Positions 8,910 to 18,680 of a DNA stretch of 64,000 bases are shown piece after piece (position 1 is the first letter of the stretch; each line of letters starts with the position of its first letter). Source of the stretch: an uncultured delta proteobacterium (lineage in GTDB: Bacteria; Desulfobacterota; Binatia; HRBIN30; BPIQ01); NCBI GenBank assembly GCA_963761335.1, contig CAVXGR010000012.1:288001-352000 (forward strand), given 5' to 3'. The translations under genes were made by a program, and so were the position numbers. The notes below the pieces were generated by a model that saw nothing but the letters and a program-made list of their open reading frames with translations, was not told the origin of the DNA and made no database searches.

Positions 8910-9383
8910 ATGTATGTCACCGAGCTTTTGCAGGCCTGCAGTGAGCTGGAGGAAAACGTCGGCCGGATCTACCGCGCCTTCGCCACTCGATTCGACGGCA
9001 ACAAGCCCGCCGCTCGGCTGTGGCGCGAGATGGCGCTCGAGGAAGAGACCCACGCCGACGTCCTGGCACGCGAGTGCCGCGCCTTCGAGGAACGGGACGA
9101 CAGCGGCCCCTTTCTGGCGGAGTACGACCGCCGCATCGACGAGCTGCAGAAACGCATGCGCGCCGTCGAGCAACGCGCCGCCTCCTGCTCGCTCGACGAC
9201 GCCTTCGCCGTCGCCTCGGAGCTGGAGCGCTGCGGGCTCGAGGAGCTCTTTGAGGATCTCGTGGTTCAAGGGGATGAGGCCTTCAAGCTGCTGTCGGAGC
9301 GGCTGCAAGCGGCGCTCTCCTCCCTGCCCCCGCGGCAGGAACGAATCGCCAAGGTGGCGGAGGCGCACCGCAAGCAGAGTTGA
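8910..9383 (+). CDS. Ferritin-like / rubrerythrin-domain protein
   Basis: ELEENVGRIY...LWREMALEEETHADVL...ELE four-helix di-iron-type motifs; SD GAGGAAAGGA. Confidence 0.75.
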   Translation: MYVTELLQACSELEENVGRIYRAFATRFDGNKPAARLWREMALEEETHADVLARECRAFEERDDSGPFLAEYDRRIDELQKRMRAVEQRAASCSLDDAFAVASELERCGLEELFEDLVVQGDEAFKLLSERLQAALSSLPPRQERIAKVAEAHRKQS

Positions 9384-9386
9384 CTC

Positions 9387-11051
9387 TCAACGCCCCAGCA
9401 GGGCGCGGCCGATCACCTTGAGCTCGAGGATCGGCTTGACGCCCTCGAAGATGGGGAGCACCTGGGCGTCGACCACGTAGCGGGAGATGGGGAACTCCTC
9501 CGCATATCCCCAGCCGCCGTGGAGAAGCTGCCCCTCCTGGGTCACCCACACGGCGACGTCGGACGAGAAAAGCTTCGCCATCGCCGGCTCCAGCGAGATC
9601 GACTCGTCGCGATCCATGGCGCGGGCGGCCGCATAGGTGAGCTGGCGACCGGCCATCACATGGGTGGCCATGCGCCCGAGCTTGTGCTGGGTCAGCTGGA
9701 AGTCGCCGATGGGGCTGCCGAACTGGCGCCGGTCGTTGGCGTACTCGGCGGTGCGCTCGACGGCCGCCTGGGCGACGCCGGTGGCGCGACCGCCGGTCTG
9801 CAGGCGCCCGGCGGCGAAGCCACCCATCTGCAGGTAGAAGCCCTTGCCGGCGCCCTTCTCCTCGCCCACCAGGTTCTCCGCGGGGACGAAGTAGCGCTCG
9901 AAGCTCAGCGTGTACGAATGCATGCCGCGATAGCCGGGGGTCGGATCCGCCTTGCCCTCGAGCACACCGCCCTGCGGCTGCTTCATGGTGAAGGTGTGGC
10001 CCGTGAAGGAGTCCTTGGGCACGATGAACAACGACAGGCCGCGGGCGCCCTTGCTCATGTCCGGATCGGTCCGCGCCAGCAGGGCCAGGACGTTGGCGCG
10101 TCCGGCGAAGGTGCACCAGGCCTTGGCGCCGTCGATGAAGTAGCCGCGCTTGCCGCCGAGCTCGCCGGCCTCGGCGCGGCACTTGACCGAGGCGACGTCG
10201 GAGCCGATGTCGGGCTCGGTGACCGAGATGCCCACCATCAGCTCGCCGGCAGCGATCGGCGGCAGCCACTTCTGCTTCTGCGCCTCGGTGCCGCCCTTGA
10301 GCAGGGCCTTGGTGAGGATCTCGGGCCGGGTGATCAGGCTGCCGGCGCCGGCGAGGGACACCGCCGAGAGCTCCTCGGTGGTGATGATCATCGCCGGATT
10401 GCCCATGCCGGTGCCGCCGTACTCCTCCGGGACCGACATGCCGAAGTAGCCGAGCTCGGCCATCTTGCCGATGATCTCCTCGGGGATCAGCTCGTCGTGG
10501 CGGTGGATGCGCTCGGCCTGCGGCGCCACCTCCTCGCGGGCGAACTGGCGCACCGACTCGCGCGCCATCGCCAGCATCTCCGGCTCGATCCAGGAGTTGT
10601 TGACGCCGCGGGCGGCAATGACGGCGCGGCCGACGGTGCGCACCCGGCGCTCGTCGAGCCCGGCGCGCACCAGACCCCTGGTCTCGGCCGAGCCGAGGGT
10701 CTGGTTCAGCAGCTCGGCGGAGACACCGAAATCGGCGCTGAAGCCGTCGACCTGCGACGCCAGCCTCTGCGCCGCCTCGGCGAGGAACACCGCCGCCATG
10801 TGGCGCAGCTCCTGCGGCGCCTGACCGGCGGCCGAGGCGGCGTCGAGATAGGCGAGGAGGTCGCGCGCCGCCGCCGCCTCGGTGGCGGCGTAGGCGAGGC
10901 GCTCCGTATGCACCTGGTGCTCATCGATCCCCTTGCCGCCGTCGGTGACCTCGCGGGCGTGATCGACGGCCGCGTCGATCACCTTGGAGACGGCGTCGCT
11001 GAGCCGCTGCAGATCGGCCGAATCGATGGGAGCCACTGGCGTTTCACTCAT
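9387..11051 (-). CDS. mcd: Acyl-CoA dehydrogenase with long N-terminal extension, probable (2S)-methylsuccinyl-CoA dehydrogenase
   Basis: About 554 aa; N-terminal extension (EHQ...LAY.ATE); GSLITRPEI...GGTEAQKQKWLP, TEPDIGSD, GYRGM, IFEG resemble Mcd; ecm lies nearby. Confidence 0.75.
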   Translation of the reverse strand: MSETPVAPIDSADLQRLSDAVSKVIDAAVDHAREVTDGGKGIDEHQVHTERLAYAATEAAAARDLLAYLDAASAAGQAPQELRHMAAVFLAEAAQRLASQVDGFSADFGVSAELLNQTLGSAETRGLVRAGLDERRVRTVGRAVIAARGVNNSWIEPEMLAMARESVRQFAREEVAPQAERIHRHDELIPEEIIGKMAELGYFGMSVPEEYGGTGMGNPAMIITTEELSAVSLAGAGSLITRPEILTKALLKGGTEAQKQKWLPPIAAGELMVGISVTEPDIGSDVASVKCRAEAGELGGKRGYFIDGAKAWCTFAGRANVLALLARTDPDMSKGARGLSLFIVPKDSFTGHTFTMKQPQGGVLEGKADPTPGYRGMHSYTLSFERYFVPAENLVGEEKGAGKGFYLQMGGFAAGRLQTGGRATGVAQAAVERTAEYANDRRQFGSPIGDFQLTQHKLGRMATHVMAGRQLTYAAARAMDRDESISLEPAMAKLFSSDVAVWVTQEGQLLHGGWGYAEEFPISRYVVDAQVLPIFEGVKPILELKVIGRALLGR

Positions 11052-11237
11052 GCTCGAATCCTTTGCGGGAAGTTTCGGGGGCGCCGGCCGGCGTCCCCGC
11101 TGCGGCTCTCTTACCATTCGGCGGCGACCAGTCAAACGCAGACATCGAACAGGCACCTGCGGGAATGAAGCTGCCCCAATCAGCGCTAGACGGGCCCCAC
11201 CGTTTCGGAGTAGTCAGCCCCGAAGTCACGGCGCGCC

Positions 11238-11266
11238 TTTCGGGGGAGCCGCGGGCTCCCCCGAAA
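11238..11266. terminator. Perfect 13-bp hairpin in a divergent intergenic region
   Basis: TTTCGGGGGAGCC-GCG-GGCTCCCCCGAAA. Confidence 0.45.
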
Positions 11267-11289
11267 AGGCGACTCCCGAGGAGGACTCG

Positions 11290-12571
11290 ATGAGATACAT
11301 CTCGCTGTGTCTGTTTTCCGCACTGCTTCTGACCTCCGTTACGTCGGTCCACGCCGACACGGCGAGCTGCTCGGTGGCGTACAGCCTTCCCGCCGACATT
11401 CCCACGTCGACCTCGGATGCCACCGAATCATGACGACATCATCGCCCAGAAGCTCTACGACCAGGACAGCCTGAAATCTCGCACGAGCGACGTCAACCTC
11501 GACTGCGGCCTCTCGTCGTATTCCGGTGGCGATCCGGCCGATGTGGACATGGGCGCCCTGGTCGTCAAAGTCGCGTGGATGGACGTCACCGATGCGATAC
11601 AGGATGGCGACCTCGACCCTTCCAGGTACCATCTCGAGGACCTGCTGGTGTACACCCCCGCCTACCGCAACAGCGACGGCGTCGCCTCCTGCGAGCTGCG
11701 CACGATGGCCATGGTGGGCATGCACGTGGCGCACAAGACCTTCAATCAGCCCAACTGGATCTGGTCGACCTTCGAGCACGATCTGAACGCGCCGGATTGC
11801 ACCGGCCCTCTCCCCGGCCCCGGCACGCAACAGACCAACACTTCCTGCCCCGATTCAGTGAGCACCGACTACAACTTCTACGGAGAGGTTTGTAACGGCA
11901 CAGTCCAGGCGTGCGCCTCGTGCAACTCGGTGCCGGCTCCCAACGGCATCTGCGCCAACCCCACGACAACCATCGGCAGCGGCTTTTGCATCGATCAACC
12001 TCCCGCCGCGAACGGCGGCATCTCGCAGCTGTGCCGGCAGGTGCCGATCTCGAGCTATCCGGAAGCCGAGACGTGGAACACCGCCTGCAAAGCCGCGCTC
12101 GGCGGGGCCAGCGTCTGGAGCAACTACAGCCTCATCTCGAGTCAGTGGGGCACCTCCGCCATCGCCGCCGGCTGCAACAACGTCGCCGGACAGATCTTCT
12201 CCGGCAAGGTCAACGACTCGCTCATCCTGCCGAAGGTGGCGGTGGGCTCGGCAATGAAGCCGATTCTGGGGAACACCTCGATGGAGTCGTACGACCGCTC
12301 CAACTGCATCGGCTGCCACGCCAAGGCCACCTTCACCAACGACGCCGGCACCCCCCTGAGCACCGACCTGATGTACTTCCTGCAGCTGCAGGTGTCGGCG
12401 CCGGCGAGCACGCGTTTGGCGTTCCCACGCGACCGACCAGGCGCCACCAATCCCGCGAGCAGCAGCGGCGGCTGCGCCATCGCGCCGAAGTCCGGTGGGA
12501 CCGGCGCGTGGGTGATGCTCGGCGCCTTGATGATCCTCGCAGCCCGCCCGCGGCGGCGTCCCGGTCGCTGA
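11290..12571 (+). pseudogene. Secreted c-type cytochrome-like protein split across two frames (frameshift, deletion or assembly error)
   Basis: Signal-peptide ORF 11290-11433 (MRYISLCLFSALLLTSVTSVHA-D, SD GAGGAGG) stops at TGA. The body continues in the +1 frame (11417-12571) with VGMHVAHKT..WIWSTFEH, NTSMESY..CIGCH and a C-terminal SGGC-TM-RRR tail. Confidence 0.65.
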
Positions 12572-12720
12572 GCCGAGGCTCGATCCGCACCGACCTCAGC
12601 CGTCGTGCCGCGGTGACCGTTCACCTGCCGAGCACTTCGAGCGCAACAAGCACGAGCCCTTATCGCCGCCGGGAACTCCGCTAATTTGACGCAAGCTGGC
12701 GCAGATAGTACGCCCCGGCC

Positions 12721-13758
12721 ATGTTCGTCATCGACAATGGCAACCGCTTCGTCATCCCGCGGACCGAGCTCACCTATCCCGGCCACAACCTGAAGCTCCA
12801 CGAGAATGCCGCCGATCCGGCGAAGGCGCCGGTCGACCTGGTAATGGCCGATTTCGAGGACGCCTGCCCCTACGAGTTCAAGGGCGAGAAGAGCCGCAAG
12901 GTCATGGTGAAAGCGCTGAACGCGCTCGACTTCGGAAGGAAAGTCGTGAGCGTGCGGCCGAACAGCATCTACTCGCCTTTCTTCGTCGGCGATCTCGAGG
13001 CCGTGGTTCTCGGCGCACCGAATCGCTTCCACGGCATCATGCTGCCGAAGACACGGGGGCCCGAGGACATCATCTACCTCTCCAAGCTCCTCGACGACCT
13101 CGAGCGCCGCGGCGGCTGGAAGTACCGGCTGCAGATCGAGTGCCTGATCGAGACACCCCATGCGCTGGTCAAGGCCTACGAGATCGCCATCGCCTCGGAC
13201 CGCATGTGCGGCCTGGTCTTCGGCATCGCCGACTTCGCCGCCAACCTGGGGATCCACGAGATCGTCGACGACCAGAACCGCAACTTCCACTACGCCAAGC
13301 AGTCCATGGTCGTCGCCGCCAAGGCCGCCGGCTTGCACGCCATCGACAACGTCTACTTGCGGCTGGTGCGCAAGGGAGACTCGCCGGAGCAGGTGAAGAA
13401 GGTCGAGGACGGACTGCGGGTCAAGAACCTGGGCTCGGCCGCCCTGGGCATGGACGGCACCTGGGTCATCCATCCGCAGCAGGCGCAGATCGCCAACCAG
13501 TGCTACTCGCCGACGCAGGAGCAGATCCGCTACGCCAAGCGCGTCCTCGAGCTCTACCACCAGAAGGGCGGCGGCTCGATGGCCGATCCGGAGACCGGCG
13601 AGATGATCGACGAGGCGACCATCAAGATCGTGCTCATGGATCTGGCCAAGGCGGCGCAGTCCGGAGAGGTGGAGCCCGCCTATCTCGCCAAGCAGGCGGC
13701 GAAGAGCCAGAAGATCACCGGCTACGACATACTCGAGCTGATGCGGCGCACCGCCTGA
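12721..13758 (+). CDS. CitE/HpcH-family CoA-ester lyase, probable malyl-CoA/beta-methylmalyl-CoA lyase or thioesterase
   Basis: DFEDA, VRPN, LPK, LIETP, FGIADF, GMDGTWVIHPQQ, GEMIDEAT; lies between mcd and ecm. Confidence 0.8.
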   Translation: MFVIDNGNRFVIPRTELTYPGHNLKLHENAADPAKAPVDLVMADFEDACPYEFKGEKSRKVMVKALNALDFGRKVVSVRPNSIYSPFFVGDLEAVVLGAPNRFHGIMLPKTRGPEDIIYLSKLLDDLERRGGWKYRLQIECLIETPHALVKAYEIAIASDRMCGLVFGIADFAANLGIHEIVDDQNRNFHYAKQSMVVAAKAAGLHAIDNVYLRLVRKGDSPEQVKKVEDGLRVKNLGSAALGMDGTWVIHPQQAQIANQCYSPTQEQIRYAKRVLELYHQKGGGSMADPETGEMIDEATIKIVLMDLAKAAQSGEVEPAYLAKQAAKSQKITGYDILELMRRTA

Positions 13759-13762
13759 CGGC

Positions 13763-13836
13763 GGGGGACAGGCTACTCTTGCGCCTCGCTGGCGCATGAG
13801 GGCAGCGACCTCGCCCGCAAGAGTTGCCTGTCCCCC
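13763..13836. repeat. GGGGACAGGC palindromic element, copy 3 (between convergent genes)
   Basis: GGGGGACAGGCTACTCTTGCG ... CGCAAGAGTTGCCTGTCCCCC. Confidence 0.8.
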
Positions 13837-15798
13837 TCAGCCGCGGGCGCTGCGCGCCGCGATGCGATCGGCGATGTCGCGCACGATCTCCGTCAGCGTC
13901 GCCTCGCCCGGCGTGTAGATGGCGGCGACCCCGGCGCGCTCGAGCTTCGCCTGGTCTGCCTCGGGGATGATGCCGCCGACCATCACCGGCACGTCGCCGA
14001 GGCCCTTCTCGCGCAGCAGCTCGGTCACCCGCGGTACCAGCGTCATGTGCGAGCCCGAGTGGATGGAGATGCCGACGGCGTCGACGTCCTCATCGGCGGC
14101 GGAGGCGGCGATCTGCTCCGGAGTCAGACGAATGCCGTTGTAGATCACCTCGAAGCCCGCCTCTTTGGCGCGCACCGCCACCTGCTCGGCGCCGTTGGAG
14201 TGGCCGTCGAGCCCCGGCTTGGCCACCAGCAGCCGGGGCGGATGGCCGATCTCCCGCGCCACCTCGGCAACCCGAGCCCGCAGCGCCGCCAGGGCGTCGC
14301 CGTTGCCGGAGAGACCGAGACCCTGCAGACCGGTCGGAGCGCGATACTCGCCGAAAATGCGGCGCAGCGTCCCGGCCCACTCGCCGGTGGTGACGCCGGC
14401 GTGCGCGGCGCGGATCGAGGCCGGCATGATATTGTCGCCGGAGCGCGCCGCATCGGCGAGCCCCTGGAGCGCGGCCGCGACCCCGGCCTGATCGCGGCGG
14501 TCGCGGAACGCCTGCAGGCGCTCGATCTGGCGGCGCTCGGCCTCCGGGTCGACGACCAGGATGTTCTCGGCGTCCTCGGTCAGCAACGGCGACGGCTCTG
14601 TCTCGTTGAAGCGGTTGACGCCGACCATCACCAGCTCGCCGCTCTCGATGCGGCGGGAACGCCCGGCGTGGCTGGCGACCAGGGCGCGCTTCATCACCTC
14701 GATCGCCTGGCTCACGTCACCGAGCTGTTGGAGGCGCGACAGCTCCGCCTCTGCCGCCTCCATGAGCTCCGCGACCTTCTTCTCGATGACCGTCGATCCC
14801 GCGAAGATGTCTTCGCCATACTCCAGCAGGTCGGTCTCGTAGGCGAGCACCTGTTGGATGCGCAAGGACCACTGCTGGTCCCACGGCCGCGGCAGTCCGA
14901 GCGCCTCGTTCCACGCCGGCAGCTGCACGGAGCGGGCCCGCGCCTCCTTCGACAAGGTCACCGCCAGCATCTCGAGGACGATGCGCTGGATGTTGTTCTC
15001 CGGCTGCTGGGCGGTCAGGCCAAGCGAGTTGACCTGGACGCCGTAGCGGAAGCGCCGGCTCTTGGCGTCCTGCACGCCGTAGCGCTGCTGCGTGTGCTTG
15101 TCCCAGAGGCGCACGAACGCCTTCATCTTGCACATCTCTTCGACGAAGCGGATGCCGGCGTTGACGAAGAACGAGATGCGCGCCACCACCTGGGGCATGG
15201 CGATCCCCGGACGCGCCTGGACGCGGTCGAGAACCGCAAAGGCATTGGCCAGTGTGAAGGCGATCTCCTGCACCGGAGTCGCCCCCGCCTCCTGCAGGTG
15301 GTAGCTGCACATATTGACGGGGTTCCAGCTCGGCACCTCGCGCACGGTGAACTCGATGGTGTCGGCGGTGAGCCGCAGCGACGGCTCCGGCGGGAAGATG
15401 TGCGTGCCCCGCGAGAGCACTTCCTTGAGGATGTCGTTCTGCGTCGTGCCGCGCAGATCCCGCGGATTGGCGCCCTGGCGCTCGGCGGCAGCGATGTAGA
15501 GCGACAGCAGCCAGGCGGCGGTGGCGTTGATGGTCATCGAGGTGTTCATCTTCGCCAGTGGGATCTCGGCGAACAGCGCGTCCATGTCGTCGATATGCGA
15601 GATGGGCACGCCCACCTTGCCCACCTCTCCGGCCGCCATCGGCTCGTCGGAGTCGTACCCCGTCTGCGTCGGCAGGTCGAAAGCGACGCTCAGCCCCGTC
15701 TGTCCCTTGGCGAGGTTCTTGCGGAAGAGAGCGTTTGCCGCCCGCGGGTCGGTGTGCCCCGCATAGGTGCGCATCAACCAGGGATTCTCACGCGCCAT
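13837..15798 (-). CDS. ecm: Ethylmalonyl-CoA mutase (MeaA/Ecm), B12-dependent
   Basis: PWLMRTYAGH...NLAKGQTGLSVAFDLPTQTGYD, RFRYGVQVNSLGLT, LPAWNEALGLPRPWDQQWSLR, B12-binding KPGLDGHSNGAEQ. Confidence 0.93.
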   Translation of the reverse strand: MARENPWLMRTYAGHTDPRAANALFRKNLAKGQTGLSVAFDLPTQTGYDSDEPMAAGEVGKVGVPISHIDDMDALFAEIPLAKMNTSMTINATAAWLLSLYIAAAERQGANPRDLRGTTQNDILKEVLSRGTHIFPPEPSLRLTADTIEFTVREVPSWNPVNMCSYHLQEAGATPVQEIAFTLANAFAVLDRVQARPGIAMPQVVARISFFVNAGIRFVEEMCKMKAFVRLWDKHTQQRYGVQDAKSRRFRYGVQVNSLGLTAQQPENNIQRIVLEMLAVTLSKEARARSVQLPAWNEALGLPRPWDQQWSLRIQQVLAYETDLLEYGEDIFAGSTVIEKKVAELMEAAEAELSRLQQLGDVSQAIEVMKRALVASHAGRSRRIESGELVMVGVNRFNETEPSPLLTEDAENILVVDPEAERRQIERLQAFRDRRDQAGVAAALQGLADAARSGDNIMPASIRAAHAGVTTGEWAGTLRRIFGEYRAPTGLQGLGLSGNGDALAALRARVAEVAREIGHPPRLLVAKPGLDGHSNGAEQVAVRAKEAGFEVIYNGIRLTPEQIAASAADEDVDAVGISIHSGSHMTLVPRVTELLREKGLGDVPVMVGGIIPEADQAKLERAGVAAIYTPGEATLTEIVRDIADRIAARSARG

Positions 15799-15908
15799 GG
15801 CGTTCATAAAGCACCGAATCCGACCACAGGCAACCGCCGCCGCGGCTGCTTCGCGCAAGCAATTTCGCTTGAAATGCCTGTACTCGCACCGCATGGTGTT
15901 AGGCACTC

Positions 15909-18680
15909 ATGCTTGGTCATCCAGCCGTCAGTCCCCCATTGCTTCCGCCCCGACTCTCCCGTTCTCGAAGACCGCGCCGTCGGCGACGGCTTCTGATCCC
16001 CTTGCCGTTCGTGCTGCTCGCCATGCTGGCGGCCTGGCCCAGACCGGCCGCGGCCCAGGACCGCCCCACGCGCACGCCGCTGCCGACACAGACCCCGCGG
16101 CCGACGCGCACCGAGGTGGGAGGCACGCCAGGGCCAACCGCGATTCCGCCAACCGCGGCGCCGACACACGCGCCCGTGACGCCTTTGCCGACGGCCACCG
16201 CGCCGCCATCCACGCCGCCCGCGGTTACCAATACGCCCGGCGAAGGCCCGGCGACGCCGACGCGTATACCGACGCGCTCCGGCCAGACGCCGACCACGGC
16301 GCCGACGCCGGGAGGCTCGCCTGTCCCCACGCGCACGGCCACCCCGCTGGGCGTCAACACCGGTCCTCCGACGCCCACGCCCACTCCTGCTCCGCCGGGG
16401 CGGGCGACAAATACCCGTGGGCCTCTGCCGCCGCGCGCCGTCTCGTTTCGCGCCGCCCCCGAGATCGCCGCCGGCGACGCGCCGGTTGCCGTGGCGCTCG
16501 CCGATTTCGATCGCGACGGACTCGTCGATGCCGTAGTCGCCAATCGCGACATCGACCAGGTGACCATCCTGCACGGCGATCCGATCAGCGATCTGATCGC
16601 CGGCAGCTCGTTCGCCACCGGCAATCTTCCCGTCAGCGTGGTCGCCGCGGACTTCTCCGGAGACACCGTCGCGGACATCGCCACGGCCAACGCGGGTGAT
16701 GGAACGGTGTCGATCCTCCTCAACCAGGGCGGCATGCAGTTCAGCGAAGCCTTCCGCCCGATGATCGGCGGCACGCCATCAGCAATGGCGCTCTACGGGG
16801 ATCGCCTTGCGGTCGCCGATCGCGCCAACCAGCGCATCGTCCTTCTCAGCAACCCCGGCAACGGGGACTTCCAGGTCGACGAGATCCTCGCCGCCGGCAA
16901 GGAGCCGGTCGGCCTCGCCGTCGCCGACCTGAACGGCGACGGCCGAGCCGATCTGGTCAGCGCCAATCAAGGCGACGGCACGATCTCGATCGCCTACGGC
17001 CAGGCGAGTGGCTTCGCACCGACCATCTCGCTCTTCGTCGGCGGGAATCCGTCGGCGCTGGCGCTCGGGGACGTCGATCTGGATGGCTATGCGGACATCA
17101 TCTTCGCCAGCTCCAGCGACGACTCGGTCACCGTCTACCGCGGCACCGCCGGCGGCACCTTCTTCAATGCTTTCTCCACGGCCGTCCCCGCGGGTCCGGT
17201 GGCGCTCGCCTTCGTCGACGACGTCGACACCCTGGTCAGCGGCGACGGCAAACCCGATGTTCTCGTGGTGAGCGAGACGGCGGGAACGCTCTCGGTGCTC
17301 CTCGGCACCGGTGGGCAGCCGCTCCTCCGCGCAGGCGGCCACTTCCTCACCGGACGCGGCCCCCTGGGTCTGGCAGGGGGGCAGATCACCACCAACCCAG
17401 ACGTTGAGGATCCGGGCGCGGCGATCTTCACGGACTGGCTGGTAGCCAATGCCCTGAGCGACAGCGTCACCCTCCTGCGCGGCGCCCGCGGCGGCAGCTT
17501 CGTCAGCGGCGTCAGCTCCGCCGCCGGCATCCAGCCGACCTCGATCGATGTGGGAGATTTCGACGAGGACGGATCTCTCGATGTGCTCACCGCCGATCAC
17601 GGCGAGTCGAGTGTGTCCTTCATCCGCGGCAACGGGCGCGGCAACTTCCGCGAGCCAACCCCCATTCCCGTGGACCCGGCGCCGCTGTTGCTGGCCTCGG
17701 GTGACTTCGACGGCGACGGTCACGACGACTTCGCGGTGATCGGCGACGTCACCCACCGTCTGCTCGTCTACCGCGGCAACGGCATGGGCGCCTTCGGCCT
17801 GCTGCGCGACCTCGGCCAGCAGACGCGGGCGACGGCTCTGCGAGCGGGTGATCTCGACCGCGACGGTGCCGACGATCTCGTCGTGGCCGACGGCGCCAAC
17901 GGGCAGATCACCGCCTGGGTCAAGCTCGCGGGGGTCGCGACCTCGTTCGTTATCGGCAATCCCTCACAGCCGACGGATATCGGCATTGCCGATATCAACA
18001 TCGACGGCCGCGCCGACATCGTCGCCGCCCTCCCCGGAGACAACGCCGTCATCGTCTGGTTTCAGTCGAGCGACGGCACCTTCATCGATTCGGCCATTGC
18101 CGACGCCGGATTGAAACCGCGCCAGCTCGCGGTTGCCGACCTCAACGGCGACGACGAGGCCGACATCGTCGCCGTCGATCCGGATACGCTCAGCGCCAGC
18201 GTGATGATCACGCAGGACATCGGCGTCATCGGCGCGCCGACGCTGTATTCGACCGGCGATGCGTCAGTCGCGGTCCTGGCGGCCGACGTGAACCTCGATG
18301 GAAACATGGACATCGTCAGCCTGAGCGAGACCGGCAACAGCGTCTCCGTGCTGACCGGCGATGGCACCGGACAATTCATCGGGCCGAAGGTGTACACCGC
18401 GGGGAGTGGGCCGCGCAGCTTCGTTGCCGGGCTGTTCAACGCCGACGTGCTGCCGGACCTGGTAATCGCCGCCGCCGCCGGTGACGAGATCACCATCCTC
18501 CGCAACAACACCAAGACCGGTTTCACGCCGGTGCCGACGGCGACCGCGACACCACTTCCGCCCGTCAGCGGCGGGGGCGGCGGCTGCAACACCGGCGGCG
18601 GGGCTGCCGGCGCTGCGCCGATGATCGCACTGCTGGCTCTAGTGGGGCTGGCGGGCGGCGCTCAGAAGCGCAGGGAGTAG
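15909..18680 (+). CDS. Secreted FG-GAP/VCBS-repeat protein with Pro/Thr-rich linker and C-terminal GG-C/TM/basic tail
   Basis: Hydrophobic signal ending AAA-Q; PT-rich region; more than 10 repeats like ADFDRDGLVD, ADLNGDGRAD and GDFDGDGHDD; tail SGGGGGC...MIALLALVGLAGGAQKRRE. Start uncertain. Confidence 0.88.
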   Translation: MLGHPAVSPPLLPPRLSRSRRPRRRRRLLIPLPFVLLAMLAAWPRPAAAQDRPTRTPLPTQTPRPTRTEVGGTPGPTAIPPTAAPTHAPVTPLPTATAPPSTPPAVTNTPGEGPATPTRIPTRSGQTPTTAPTPGGSPVPTRTATPLGVNTGPPTPTPTPAPPGRATNTRGPLPPRAVSFRAAPEIAAGDAPVAVALADFDRDGLVDAVVANRDIDQVTILHGDPISDLIAGSSFATGNLPVSVVAADFSGDTVADIATANAGDGTVSILLNQGGMQFSEAFRPMIGGTPSAMALYGDRLAVADRANQRIVLLSNPGNGDFQVDEILAAGKEPVGLAVADLNGDGRADLVSANQGDGTISIAYGQASGFAPTISLFVGGNPSALALGDVDLDGYADIIFASSSDDSVTVYRGTAGGTFFNAFSTAVPAGPVALAFVDDVDTLVSGDGKPDVLVVSETAGTLSVLLGTGGQPLLRAGGHFLTGRGPLGLAGGQITTNPDVEDPGAAIFTDWLVANALSDSVTLLRGARGGSFVSGVSSAAGIQPTSIDVGDFDEDGSLDVLTADHGESSVSFIRGNGRGNFREPTPIPVDPAPLLLASGDFDGDGHDDFAVIGDVTHRLLVYRGNGMGAFGLLRDLGQQTRATALRAGDLDRDGADDLVVADGANGQITAWVKLAGVATSFVIGNPSQPTDIGIADINIDGRADIVAALPGDNAVIVWFQSSDGTFIDSAIADAGLKPRQLAVADLNGDDEADIVAVDPDTLSASVMITQDIGVIGAPTLYSTGDASVAVLAADVNLDGNMDIVSLSETGNSVSVLTGDGTGQFIGPKVYTAGSGPRSFVAGLFNADVLPDLVIAAAAGDEITILRNNTKTGFTPVPTATATPLPPVSGGGGGCNTGGGAAGAAPMIALLALVGLAGGAQKRRE

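Noticed and set aside
11431..11433. TGA as selenocysteine or read-through codon in the cytochrome-like gene
   Set aside because: The homologous-looking sequence continues in a different frame, so read-through would not restore the protein
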